Assembly: GCF_044222565.1 (NCBI RefSeq)
Contig: NZ_JBGANA010000033.1
Coordinates: 5,923 to 69,922, forward strand
Source of the DNA: Prosthecobacter sp.
GTDB taxonomy: Bacteria; Verrucomicrobiota; Verrucomicrobiia; Verrucomicrobiales; Verrucomicrobiaceae
Reading direction: 5' to 3'
DNA: 64,000 nt
The translations under genes were made by a program, and so were the position numbers. The notes beneath the pieces were generated by a model. That model was not told where the DNA came from, searched no databases, and saw nothing but the letters and a program-made list of their open reading frames with translations. Positions 11,257 through 19,836 of this stretch are shown here, in pieces (position 1 is the stretch's first letter; each line of letters begins with the position of its first letter).

Positions 11257-12111
11257 TCAACCCAGCTCTGACACAGGTCTAGGCGTGAGGTCCGCAATTC
11301 CCTTGGGAAACATGCGATCACGTGCAGTCAAGATCTCCGGTTCATCCGCTGTGACCAGGACCACATGCTCAAAGTGGGCCGACGGCTTGCGGTCTGTCGT
11401 CACCACGGTCCACTTGTCTTCAAGGGTTTTGGTCTTGCCTGTTCCCATGTTGATCATGGGTTCGATGGCCAGAGTCATGCCGGCCTTGAGGCGCGGGCGC
11501 TCGCCTTTTTTGCCATAGTTGGGCACCTGCGGCTCTTCATGCAGCTTTCGGCCCACCCCATGGCCCACAAATTCGCGCACCACGCTGTAGCCATACTGGG
11601 TCACGTGAGCCTCGACGCTGTGGCAGAGATCGCCCAGCATCCAGCCATCGCGGGCATATTTGACGGCATTGAGCAGAGATTCTTCCGTCGCTGCCAGCAG
11701 GTGCAGCGTCTCCTGCGCCACCTTGCCCACCGGCACTGTCAGCGCATTGTCGCCGACCCAGCCATCAAAATGAACTCCAACGTCGATCTTGACAATGTCT
11801 CCATCCTGAATCACTCGCGGGCCACCGATCCCATGCACCACCTCCTCATTAATGGAGATGCAAATGTGTCCCGGAAACTTGAGGCGGCCGTAGCCAAGGA
11901 AGGCGCTGATGGCACCGCACGCCTTGATCTCAGCGGCGGCATACCGGTCCACTTCGGCTGTCGTCACACCCGCATGCACCTGCGATGCGGTCTTGATGAG
12001 AACATCGCGCGCGACCTGGCAGGCCCGGCGAATGCCTTGCTGCTGCGCGCCGTGACGGATGGGAATGTTTCCCGATTTGACGAAAGCCATGACGCGCTGA
12101 AGAAGACTCAC
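11257..12111 (-). CDS. map: Methionine aminopeptidase type I
   Basis: CISINEEVVHGIG, DGDIVKIDVG, GHGVGRKLHEEPQV, LAIEPMIN, SAHFEHVV; follows secY. GTG start overlaps the secY stop; ATG 12090 is an alternative. Confidence 0.95.
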   Translation of the reverse strand: MSLLQRVMAFVKSGNIPIRHGAQQQGIRRACQVARDVLIKTASQVHAGVTTAEVDRYAAAEIKACGAISAFLGYGRLKFPGHICISINEEVVHGIGGPRVIQDGDIVKIDVGVHFDGWVGDNALTVPVGKVAQETLHLLAATEESLLNAVKYARDGWMLGDLCHSVEAHVTQYGYSVVREFVGHGVGRKLHEEPQVPNYGKKGERPRLKAGMTLAIEPMINMGTGKTKTLEDKWTVVTTDRKPSAHFEHVVLVTADEPEILTARDRMFPKGIADLTPRPVSELG

Positions 12112-13610
12112 TTAAGAGCCAGTTTGTACACCACGCCGACCAAGACCATGATCGCGAGAGCCACCCAGATCCACACCACGGTGGTGGAATCCACAGCACG
12201 GGCTCCCTGCTGGATGCGATCCACGCGACCACGGATGCGCCCCTTCTTGAGGAAGCCGTCATAGTGGGCCTGCAAAAGATGAGTTTCCACCTGGCGCATG
12301 ACGTCAAGCACCACGCCCACCAAGATCAGCAGGCTCGTGCCACCAAAGAACTGGGCGGCGGAGCTGGAGATCTTCATCGAGCTGCTGACGATGCCTGGCA
12401 TCACATACAGTCCGGTAAGGAAGATCGCACCTGCGAAAGTGAGGCGGCTCATCGTGAAGTCGAGGAAGTCGGCGGTCGGCTTGCCCGGGCGGATGCCAGG
12501 AACGTAACCACCGCTTTTCTTGAGGTCTTCCGAGATCTGCGTCGGCTGGAACATCGTGGCCACCCAGAAGTAGCTGAAGAAGAAGATCAGCAGAGAGGAC
12601 GCCACATAATAAACCCAGCCGCTGCTCACAAAGATGGCCATGCGCTGAATCCAGGCGGTCTCCTTGAAAAGGGAGGCCAGAATCGTGGACGGGAAAAGAA
12701 GGATCGCCTGGGCGAAGATGATCGGCATGACGCCGGAATAATTGATCTTCAGCGGGAGATACTGCGTCTGACCGCCATAGACCTTGCGGCCCACCACGCG
12801 CTTGGCGTAAGTGATGGCGATACGGCGTGTTGCCTGTGTCAGCGCGATGACGCCGGCAATGACAAGAATCATGAAGCCCATCAGCAGCACAAGGGTGAAG
12901 GCGCTGGCCGGGCTGGCTTTCACGCTGTCCACAAAGGTCTGCCACACCTGGATCAGTGCGCCAGGAAGGTCGGAAACGATGTTGACGCAGATGAGGATGG
13001 AAACGCCGTTGCCAATGCCGCGGTCGGTGATCTGCTCGCCCAGCCACATCATCAGCATGGTGCCAGCAGTAATGGTGATGACACTCGTGATCACAAAGCC
13101 GATGCCATAGTTCGGCACCAGCGGTTGCCCGCCCAGCTTGTCGATCGCCTCCTGCAATCCCGCCATCAGGTAGTTCTGCTGCGGGTCCGCCAGAGACTGA
13201 GCCAGCAGCGTCGCCTGAAACACGCAAAGCAAAATGGTCGCCACGCGCGTATACTGCGTGATCTTCTGGCGGCCGCCTTCTTCACGGGCCAGCTTGCTCA
13301 GCGGCGGCCACACGGCGGTCAGCAGCTGCAGCATGATGCTCGCGCTGATGTAAGGCATGATCCCCAGGGCGAAAATAGCACAGTTTTGCAGGCCGCCTCC
13401 GCTGAAGATGTTGAGCAGCGCTGCCACCTGGGCGGCGCCACCGGCATTGTTGCCCGCCTTGTTTTCGATCCACGCATTCAGCACCGTTGGGTCCACGCCA
13501 GGAAGCGTGATCGAGGTGCCGATACGGACGATGACAATCATCGCCAGGGTGAAAAGAATGCGCGAGCGAAGTTCGGGGACTTTGAAGCTGTTGGCAAAAG
13601 CAGAGATCAT
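12108..13610 (-). CDS. secY: Preprotein translocase subunit SecY (with extra C-terminal hydrophobic segment)
   Basis: ELRSRILFTL, IFALGIMPYISASI, WLGEQITDRGIGNGVSILI, PLKINYSGVMPIIFA, GYVPGIRPGKPT, GGTSLLILVGV. Confidence 0.98.
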   Translation of the reverse strand: MISAFANSFKVPELRSRILFTLAMIVIVRIGTSITLPGVDPTVLNAWIENKAGNNAGGAAQVAALLNIFSGGGLQNCAIFALGIMPYISASIMLQLLTAVWPPLSKLAREEGGRQKITQYTRVATILLCVFQATLLAQSLADPQQNYLMAGLQEAIDKLGGQPLVPNYGIGFVITSVITITAGTMLMMWLGEQITDRGIGNGVSILICVNIVSDLPGALIQVWQTFVDSVKASPASAFTLVLLMGFMILVIAGVIALTQATRRIAITYAKRVVGRKVYGGQTQYLPLKINYSGVMPIIFAQAILLFPSTILASLFKETAWIQRMAIFVSSGWVYYVASSLLIFFFSYFWVATMFQPTQISEDLKKSGGYVPGIRPGKPTADFLDFTMSRLTFAGAIFLTGLYVMPGIVSSSMKISSSAAQFFGGTSLLILVGVVLDVMRQVETHLLQAHYDGFLKKGRIRGRVDRIQQGARAVDSTTVVWIWVALAIMVLVGVVYKLALK

Positions 13611-13631
13611 GAGAGAGTGGCTCTAAGCGAA

Positions 13632-13679
13632 GATGGGCCTGCTTCCTGGCAGCGTTCGCTGCGCGGAGACCGGCCCATC
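13632..13679 (-). other. Branched stem-loop in the rplO-secY intergenic region
   Basis: GATGGGCC/GGCCCATC 8-bp inverted repeat enclosing a GCAGC-GTTC-GCTGC hairpin. Confidence 0.45.
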
Positions 13680-13704
13680 AAAGAGGTTGGTTGGTCTGAA
13701 AAAA

Positions 13705-14148
13705 TCAGGCAGCGATGGAACCGCCTGCTTTTTCGATTTTTTCACGGGCCGTGGCGCTGACTTTGGCGCCCTGGACAGTGAGCTTGCGAGTAAGGTCGCC
13801 GGTGCCGAGAATCTTGATGATGTCGCAGTTGCGGCTCACAAGACCCGCTTCACGCAGCGCGGCTTCATTGATCACAGCGCCATCTTCAAAGGCTTCGTTC
13901 AGCTCACCCACATTCACGACCTCGATCGCGTCCTGGAAGAGGGTGTTGTTGAAGCCCTTCTTGGGGAGACGGCGATGCATTGGCATCTGACCACCTTCGA
14001 AGCCGGGGCGGATGCCGCGTCCTGCGCGGGCCATCTGGCCTTTGTTGCCTTTGCCGGAGGTTTTTCCGTGACCGGAGCTTTCGCCACAGCCGATGCGCTT
14101 GCGGCGCTTTTTGGCGCCGGGGCGGGGTTTGACGTCTTGGAGTTGCAT
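13705..14148 (-). CDS. rplO: 50S ribosomal protein L15
   Basis: RKRIGCGESSGHGKTSGKGNKGQMAR, GFEGGQMPMHRRLPKKGF. Confidence 0.97.
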   Translation of the reverse strand: MQLQDVKPRPGAKKRRKRIGCGESSGHGKTSGKGNKGQMARAGRGIRPGFEGGQMPMHRRLPKKGFNNTLFQDAIEVVNVGELNEAFEDGAVINEAALREAGLVSRNCDIIKILGTGDLTRKLTVQGAKVSATAREKIEKAGGSIAA

Positions 14149-14177
14149 GAAAATTAAAATGAGGAAATGGGATTCAA

Positions 14178-14777
14178 TCAGAGGGCCTTGCGCTCTTTGA
14201 TCTCCTTGCCGCGGGAGCGGAGGATTTCATCAGCAGGACGCAGAGCGGTCAGGGCGGCAAGAGTCGCACGCACCACATTGGCGTGGTTGCTGGACCCAAG
14301 GGATTTGCCGATCACGTCTTTCACGCCGGCTGCTTCCAGCACGGCGCGGGCTCCACCACCGGCGATGATGCCGGTGCCCGGAGTCGCGGGCTTGAGAAGG
14401 ATGTGGCCGCCACCGTGGGCACCGGTCACTTCATGGGGAATGGTGCTGTCCTTCAGAACGATATTGAACATGTTCTTGCGGGAGGCTTCCGTCGCCTTCT
14501 TGATGGCGTCGGAAACTTCGTTGGCCTTGCCAAATCCGCAGCCCACTTTGCCCTTTGCATCGCCGGAAACGACGAGTGCGCTGAAGCTGAAGCGGCGGCC
14601 GCCTTTGACCACCTTGGCGCATCGGTTGATGTGCACGACTTTTTCCACGCCGTCCACTTCACGAGGACCGCGGTCGTCACGGCGCCATGGGGAGCCGCCG
14701 CCGGAAGGTGCTTGTGCTGGAGCGGGTGCTGCGGCCTCCACCGGCGCTGCTTCGGTAACTACTGTTTCATCAGCCAT
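14178..14777 (-). CDS. rpsE: 30S ribosomal protein S5
   Basis: [36 protein letters not shown]; Ala/Pro-rich N-terminal extension. Confidence 0.97.
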   Translation of the reverse strand: MADETVVTEAAPVEAAAPAPAQAPSGGGSPWRRDDRGPREVDGVEKVVHINRCAKVVKGGRRFSFSALVVSGDAKGKVGCGFGKANEVSDAIKKATEASRKNMFNIVLKDSTIPHEVTGAHGGGHILLKPATPGTGIIAGGGARAVLEAAGVKDVIGKSLGSSNHANVVRATLAALTALRPADEILRSRGKEIKERKAL

Positions 14778-14798
14778 AATAAAAAATTTGCGGGTGGA

Positions 14799-15155
14799 TT
14801 AGAATTTCAGGCCCTTTTCGCGGGCGGCATCGGCGAGGGCTTTCACCTTGCCATGATAAATGAAGCCGGCGCGGTCGAAGACCACTTCGGTGACGTTCTT
14901 GGCCATGGCGCGCTCCGCGAGGAGGGTGCCGATCTTCGTGGCGTTTTCGATGTTCGCCTTGCCGCCGCCGTAGCCTTTTTCCTTGGTGGAAGCCGAAACG
15001 ATCGTCTTGCCGGCAGCATCGTCGATGACCTGCGCATAAACGTTCGTGTTCGAGAAGTAAACGGCGAGGCGGGGACGCTCGGCTGTGCCGCTGAGCTTGC
15101 GGCGGATGCGCTTGTGAATGCGAGCGCGGATTTCTTTGCGATTGGTAAGAGCCAT
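14799..15155 (-). CDS. rplR: 50S ribosomal protein L18
   Basis: [47 protein letters not shown]. Confidence 0.97.
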   Translation of the reverse strand: MALTNRKEIRARIHKRIRRKLSGTAERPRLAVYFSNTNVYAQVIDDAAGKTIVSASTKEKGYGGGKANIENATKIGTLLAERAMAKNVTEVVFDRAGFIYHGKVKALADAAREKGLKF

Positions 15156-15173
15156 GATGAGTATCTCCGGTAA

Positions 15174-15713
15174 TTATTTGACGGACTTGCCGGCCTTGCG
15201 GCGGATGTGTTCGCCCACATAACGGACGCCCTTGGCCTTGTAAGGCTCTGGCGGATAGTAAGCGCGGATGTCAGCGGCGAGCTGGCCGACGACCTGTTTG
15301 TCGATGCCTTCGATGGCGATCTTGGTGTTTTCCGTGACGGTCACCTTCACACCCTTTGGAATCGGGTGCAGGCGGTCGTGGGACTGGCCAAGCTGGAGAT
15401 CAATGTTGGAACCTTTCACCGCCGCACGAAAGCCCACGCCGTGGATCTCGAGGTTGCGGGTGTAGCCCTGACTGACGCCGATCATCATGTTGTTGATCAG
15501 ACGCTGGGTCGTGCCATGAAGGGCGCGCACCTTGCGGTCTTCGGATTCGCGGGTGACCGTGGCGGTCTTCGCGTCAGATTCGACGGCGACGCCAGCCGGA
15601 AGGGTCCAGCCGAGTTCACCTTTAGGTCCTTTGACCTGCACCGAGCGGTCGGCGCCTACTTTGAGGGTGACCTTGTCCGGGATGGAAATAACTTGTTTGC
15701 CTACGCGTGACAT
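15174..15713 (-). CDS. rplF: 50S ribosomal protein L6
   Basis: MSRVGKQVISIP, PPEPYKAKGVRY; ATG 15713. Confidence 0.97.
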   Translation of the reverse strand: MSRVGKQVISIPDKVTLKVGADRSVQVKGPKGELGWTLPAGVAVESDAKTATVTRESEDRKVRALHGTTQRLINNMMIGVSQGYTRNLEIHGVGFRAAVKGSNIDLQLGQSHDRLHPIPKGVKVTVTENTKIAIEGIDKQVVGQLAADIRAYYPPEPYKAKGVRYVGEHIRRKAGKSVK

Positions 15714-15735
15714 AATGTTGCTACGGGTTGGGGGT

Positions 15736-16125
15736 TTACCAGACGGTGGCGAGGAGTTCACCGCCCACCTTGGCCTTGCGGGCCTTGGCTCCGGTCATGA
15801 TGCCACGTGGCGTGGAGAGGATCGAGATGCCCAGGCCGCCAAGAACGCGGGGGATCTCGGTGCTGCCGACATACTTGCGCAGACCAGGCTTGCTGACGCG
15901 GTCAAGCTTGCGGATGACAGGGGCTTTGTCCTGATACTTGAGCTTCAGCTTGAGGCGGGGATGCGCCGCGCTGGTGTCCACTTCGTAGCTCCAGATGTAG
16001 CCTTCTTCCTGCAGGATGCGGGACAGTTCGGCCTTCATTTTGGAGAAGGGGATGAGCACCTGCTCCTGCTGGGCTGAGCAGGCGTTGCGGATGCGGGTGA
16101 GAAAATCTGAAATAGGATCGGTCAT
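15736..16125 (-). CDS. rpsH: 30S ribosomal protein S8
   Basis: MTDPISDFLTRIRNA, RVSKPGLRKY, GLGISILSTPRGIMT. Confidence 0.98.
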   Translation of the reverse strand: MTDPISDFLTRIRNACSAQQEQVLIPFSKMKAELSRILQEEGYIWSYEVDTSAAHPRLKLKLKYQDKAPVIRKLDRVSKPGLRKYVGSTEIPRVLGGLGISILSTPRGIMTGAKARKAKVGGELLATVW

Positions 16126-16152
16126 GACGCTGAGGGTGTCCGGGTGTTGGGG

Positions 16153-16737
16153 TTATGCGGCGGCTTCAGTGCCATCTTCCTTCTTCGGCTGGGCGGTGCG
16201 GGTGCGGAATGGCATGCCCAGGGCGCGCAGCATTTCACGCGCATGGTCATCATTGTTCGTGCTGGTCACGAAGGTGATGTCGAAGCCAAGCGGACGCTTG
16301 ATCTTGTCGAGTTCGATTTCCGGGAAGATCGACTGCTCGGCCACACCGAGGGTGTAGTTGCCACGGCCGTCAAACGCACGGGGGGCCACACCGCGGAAGT
16401 CACGGATGCGGGGGATGGCGGTGCGCACCAGGCGCATCATGAAGTCATACATCTTGCCACCACGGAGAGTGACCTTGACGCCGACGTTTTCACCTTCACG
16501 CAGCTTGAAGTTGGCGATGGCCTTCTTGCTCTTGGTGATGACGGGCTTCTGGCCGGTGATCAGCGTCACTTCGTTGACGGCGTCTTCGATGGCCTGCTTG
16601 CGCTCGCTCTGGCTGCCGATCGCGCAGTTCACGACGATCTTTTTCAGCTGCGGGACTTGATGAATGTTCGCAAGGTTGAGCTGGGTCTTCAGCTCCGTGC
16701 GCTTCTGCTTGTAGAGGGTCTGTAGGGTATGTTCCAT
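16153..16737 (-). CDS. rplE: 50S ribosomal protein L5
   Basis: ITGQKPVITKSKKAIANFKLREG, PRIRDFRG, FDGRGNYTLG. Confidence 0.98.
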   Translation of the reverse strand: MEHTLQTLYKQKRTELKTQLNLANIHQVPQLKKIVVNCAIGSQSERKQAIEDAVNEVTLITGQKPVITKSKKAIANFKLREGENVGVKVTLRGGKMYDFMMRLVRTAIPRIRDFRGVAPRAFDGRGNYTLGVAEQSIFPEIELDKIKRPLGFDITFVTSTNNDDHAREMLRALGMPFRTRTAQPKKEDGTEAAA

Positions 16738-16752
16738 GATTCAGTTTGGCTG

Positions 16753-16810
16753 TGCCGCCTTTCCCTCGTGGCCGCACCAGGGTGGTGCGGCGATGGCGGG
16801 GGGGGAGGCA
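16753..16810 (-). promoter_or_regulatory. Stem-loop between rplX and rplE (candidate translational/processing element)
   Basis: Perfect 9-bp stem GCCGCACCA/TGGTGCGGC (16771-16791) inside an imperfect G/C-rich outer stem, just upstream of the rplE start. Confidence 0.4.
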
Positions 16811-16826
16811 AATGGGGGGGCGAGAC

Positions 16827-17111
16827 TTAGGCCTTGGCCTTCTTCTTCGCAACTTTCTTTTTCTTCTCTTTCACAGGCGCATCGACGCGCTTGACGTTGG
16901 AGATGTGGATCGGGGCTTCCTGGTCCTGGAAACCACCGGCTTGATTCTGCTGGGTGGGCTTGATCGCTTTCTTGATCATGCGCACGCCTTCGACGAGCAC
17001 CCGGCCTTTGCCTGGCTGCACGGACAGGACAACGCCCTGGGCGCCTTTGGCTGCTCCGGAAATGACGACGACATTGTCGCCTTTTTTAACGTGGGTCTTG
17101 GTACGGCTCAT
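16827..17111 (-). CDS. rplX: 50S ribosomal protein L24
   Basis: [37 protein letters not shown]. Confidence 0.96.
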   Translation of the reverse strand: MSRTKTHVKKGDNVVVISGAAKGAQGVVLSVQPGKGRVLVEGVRMIKKAIKPTQQNQAGGFQDQEAPIHISNVKRVDAPVKEKKKKVAKKKAKA

Positions 17112-17116
17112 GGGAA

Positions 17117-17485
17117 TTACAGCACTTCGGGTGCGAGGGAAACGATCTTCATGAAGTTCTTGTCGCGCAGCTCACGGGCCACTGGGCCAAAGATGCGGGT
17201 GCCGCGCGGGTTGTTGTCCTTGTCGATGATGACCATCGCATTGCGGTCAAAACGCAGGATTGATCCATCAACGCGGCGGATCGGGTGCGAGGTGCGCACG
17301 ATCACGGCGCGGACCACTTCACCCTTCTTCACCGCCGCTGTCGGGGTGGATTCGCGGATGTGCGCGGTGATGATGTCGCCCACATAGGCGAAGCGGGTGT
17401 TTTTCTTGCCGAGCACGCCGATCATCGTCGCCAGTCGGGCACCGGTGTTGTCAGCCACCGGGATTGAGGACTCCATTTGCAACAT
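17117..17485 (-). CDS. rplN: 50S ribosomal protein L14
   Basis: [15 protein letters not shown]-like [37 protein letters not shown]. Confidence 0.98.
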   Translation of the reverse strand: MLQMESSIPVADNTGARLATMIGVLGKKNTRFAYVGDIITAHIRESTPTAAVKKGEVVRAVIVRTSHPIRRVDGSILRFDRNAMVIIDKDNNPRGTRIFGPVARELRDKNFMKIVSLAPEVL

Positions 17486-17530
17486 AAACTGTTTCTCCTG
17501 GTCAGGTTAGGGGGTTCAAAAAATCACGGA

Positions 17531-17815
17531 CTAGTGCTTCTGCACTTCGATCAGCTCCCAGCGCTTCAGCTTGGACAGCGGACGGGTTTCGGCGATGAGC
17601 ACCTTGTCACCTTCCTTGGCCGCGTTGTTTTCGTCGTGGGCGTAGAACTTGGAGGTTTTGCGCACGATCTTCTTGAAGATCGGGTGCGGGACGCGGCGTT
17701 CAACCTTGACGACGATGGTCTTCGACATCTTGTTGGACACCACAACACCGACGCGCGTCTTGCGCACGGGTTGCTTTTCGGTGGCTGCAGGGGCTGCTGC
17801 GGTAGGCTCGCTCAT
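17531..17815 (-). CDS. rpsQ: 30S ribosomal protein S17
   Basis: [31 protein letters not shown]. Confidence 0.97.
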   Translation of the reverse strand: MSEPTAAAPAATEKQPVRKTRVGVVVSNKMSKTIVVKVERRVPHPIFKKIVRKTSKFYAHDENNAAKEGDKVLIAETRPLSKLKRWELIEVQKH

Positions 17816-17850
17816 GATAATAGAAATGCTTCAGTGGGTTGATGACCGGA

Positions 17851-18069
17851 TCAGGCGGCCTTCTTGGCAGCCGCGGCGCGGGCGCGCTCGGTGATGATGG
17901 TTTCGATCCGGGCGATTTCGCGGCGGATATGCGTCAGACGGGCGGGATTTTCGAGCTGTCCGCCACCAGCGCTCTGCTGCACGCGCAGATTGAGCGCTTC
18001 CTGCTTCAGTTCGCGACGGCGTGTGGAGAGTTCTTCCACGGACGATTCACGGAGTTCTTTGATCTTCAT
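17851..18069 (-). CDS. rpmC: 50S ribosomal protein L29
   Basis: MKIKELRE, QLENPARLTHIRREIARIET; position between rplP and rpsQ. Confidence 0.95.
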   Translation of the reverse strand: MKIKELRESSVEELSTRRRELKQEALNLRVQQSAGGGQLENPARLTHIRREIARIETIITERARAAAAKKAA

Positions 18070-18093
18070 AATTCAGTTCGCAGTTCGCGTTGT

Positions 18094-18516
18094 TTATTTG
18101 TGCATGCTTTCACGGCTGACGAAGCGGCAGCGCAGGCCGAGCTTCGTGGCGGCCAGGCGGCAGGCTTCACGGGCGGTGGCTTCGTTCACACCGGAGATTT
18201 CGAACAGCATGTGTCCTGGAAGGACCACTGCCACCCAGAATTCGGGGGAGCCTTTACCTTTACCCATTCGGACTTCCGGTGGGCGCTGGGTGACGGGCTT
18301 GTGGGGAAAAATACGGCAGAAGACCTTTCCTTTGCGCTTCAGGAAGCGGGTGATGGCCACACGGCAGGCTTCAATGTGGATGTTCTTCACCCAGCCGCGC
18401 TCAAGCGTCTGAAGGCCGAAGTCACCGAAGTCCAGCTTGTTGCCGCTGGTGGCGTTGCCGCCGCGGTTGCCACGCTGCGATTTGCGATATTTTACTCTGC
18501 TTGGAAGGAGGGCCAT
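18094..18516 (-). CDS. rplP: 50S ribosomal protein L16
   Basis: PSRVKYRKSQRG, IEACRVAI, RIFPHKPVT..PPEVRMGKGKGSPE. Confidence 0.98.
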   Translation of the reverse strand: MALLPSRVKYRKSQRGNRGGNATSGNKLDFGDFGLQTLERGWVKNIHIEACRVAITRFLKRKGKVFCRIFPHKPVTQRPPEVRMGKGKGSPEFWVAVVLPGHMLFEISGVNEATAREACRLAATKLGLRCRFVSRESMHK

Positions 18517-18562
18517 AAATCTAGGTCCGGAGAAAAGGTTTTAGTTCAGTGAATGAGGCAGG

Positions 18563-19330
18563 TTATGCCTGGGCTGCAGGGGCTGGTGCGCCTTGGCCTT
18601 GCGGGCGGCGGTCGCCACCACGAGGGCCAGGAGCGCCTGGGCGGCGGTCACCACGGTCGTCACGGCGTGGGCGGCGTTCACCGGAAGGACGGGAGACGCC
18701 TTCAGGAGCATTGCCACGGTTCATCCAGCACTTGACGCCGATGATGCCGTAAACGGTGCGGGCTTCGGCAAAGCCGTAGTCGATCGGGATACGCAGAGTC
18801 TGGAGAGGAACCTTGCCCTGGCGGTACCACTCAGCACGGGCGATGTCAGCACCACCGAGACGGCCGGCGCAGCGGAGACGGATGCCGTCGGCACCCATGT
18901 CCATGGCGGTCTGCACGGAGCGCTTCATGGCGCGGCGGAAAGAAATACGGCGCTCAAGCTGCACGGCAACGGCTTCGGCCACCAGCTGGGCGTCGAGCTC
19001 AGGCTGCTTGATTTCGAAGATGTCAATTTTGACCTGCTTGCCACCGCACATTTCGGAGACCTTCTGGCTCATGACGTCGATTTCCTGACCCTTGCGGCCA
19101 ATGACGAGTCCTGGGCGGGCGGTGTGCAGCGTCACGCGGACCTGGTTCCAGGCGCGCTCGATGACGATCTTGGAAATGGCGGCCTGCATGAGCTTCTCCT
19201 TCAGGTAGGCACGGATGGCGAGGTCGCTGTGAAGCGAGTCTGCGTATTCTTTTTCAGGTGCGTACCACTTGGAGCGCCAGTCTTTGGTGACTGCGAGGCG
19301 GAAGCCGATCGGATTTACTTTCTGTCCCAT
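18563..19330 (-). CDS. rpsC: 30S ribosomal protein S3
   Basis: MGQKVNPIGFRL, ARPGLVIGRKG, GRLGGADIARAEW, VPLQTLRIPIDYG. Confidence 0.98.
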   Translation of the reverse strand: MGQKVNPIGFRLAVTKDWRSKWYAPEKEYADSLHSDLAIRAYLKEKLMQAAISKIVIERAWNQVRVTLHTARPGLVIGRKGQEIDVMSQKVSEMCGGKQVKIDIFEIKQPELDAQLVAEAVAVQLERRISFRRAMKRSVQTAMDMGADGIRLRCAGRLGGADIARAEWYRQGKVPLQTLRIPIDYGFAEARTVYGIIGVKCWMNRGNAPEGVSRPSGERRPRRDDRGDRRPGAPGPRGGDRRPQGQGAPAPAAQA

Positions 19331-19363
19331 AAAGTGAAGAGGTGCGGTTCGGTGGCGTTGCGG

Positions 19364-19810
19364 TTATTCGGAAGCTTTCTTGGATTTTTCAGCCTTGGCC
19401 GCCTTCTTTTTGGCGGGGGCGCTGCGGCGTGCGGACTTCGGGGCTTTCTTCTCCCCTTCGGCCTTGGCTTCTTCAGCCTTTGGCGCGCCAATGATGACGG
19501 TGATGTGGGTCATGCGCTTCTTGATCGGAGCGGCGGATCCACGGGCGCGTGGCATGATACGGCTCAGGGCAGGTCCAGGAGTGGCCACTGCGGATTGCAC
19601 AATGAATTCGGAGGCATCCTGCTCGTGATTGTTCTCAGCATTCGCGATCGCGGAGCGGAGGGTTTTGCCAACGAGGAAGGCGGCCTTTTTGGGGGTGAAG
19701 TCGAGAACGCTCAGCGCCTGGTTGACGGGCATGCCGGTGATGGCACGTGTGACCTGACGGGCTTTCTGCGAGGAGATCCTGGCGTATTTGAGGACGGAGC
19801 GGACGGACAT
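19364..19810 (-). CDS. rplV: 50S ribosomal protein L22
   Basis: ARISSQKARQV, LRSAIANAENN, PRARGSA.PIKKRMTHITV; Lys/Ala-rich tail. Confidence 0.97.
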   Translation of the reverse strand: MSVRSVLKYARISSQKARQVTRAITGMPVNQALSVLDFTPKKAAFLVGKTLRSAIANAENNHEQDASEFIVQSAVATPGPALSRIMPRARGSAAPIKKRMTHITVIIGAPKAEEAKAEGEKKAPKSARRSAPAKKKAAKAEKSKKASE

Positions 19811-19836
19811 AAAGCGAGGGGGGTTCTTGACTTCGT

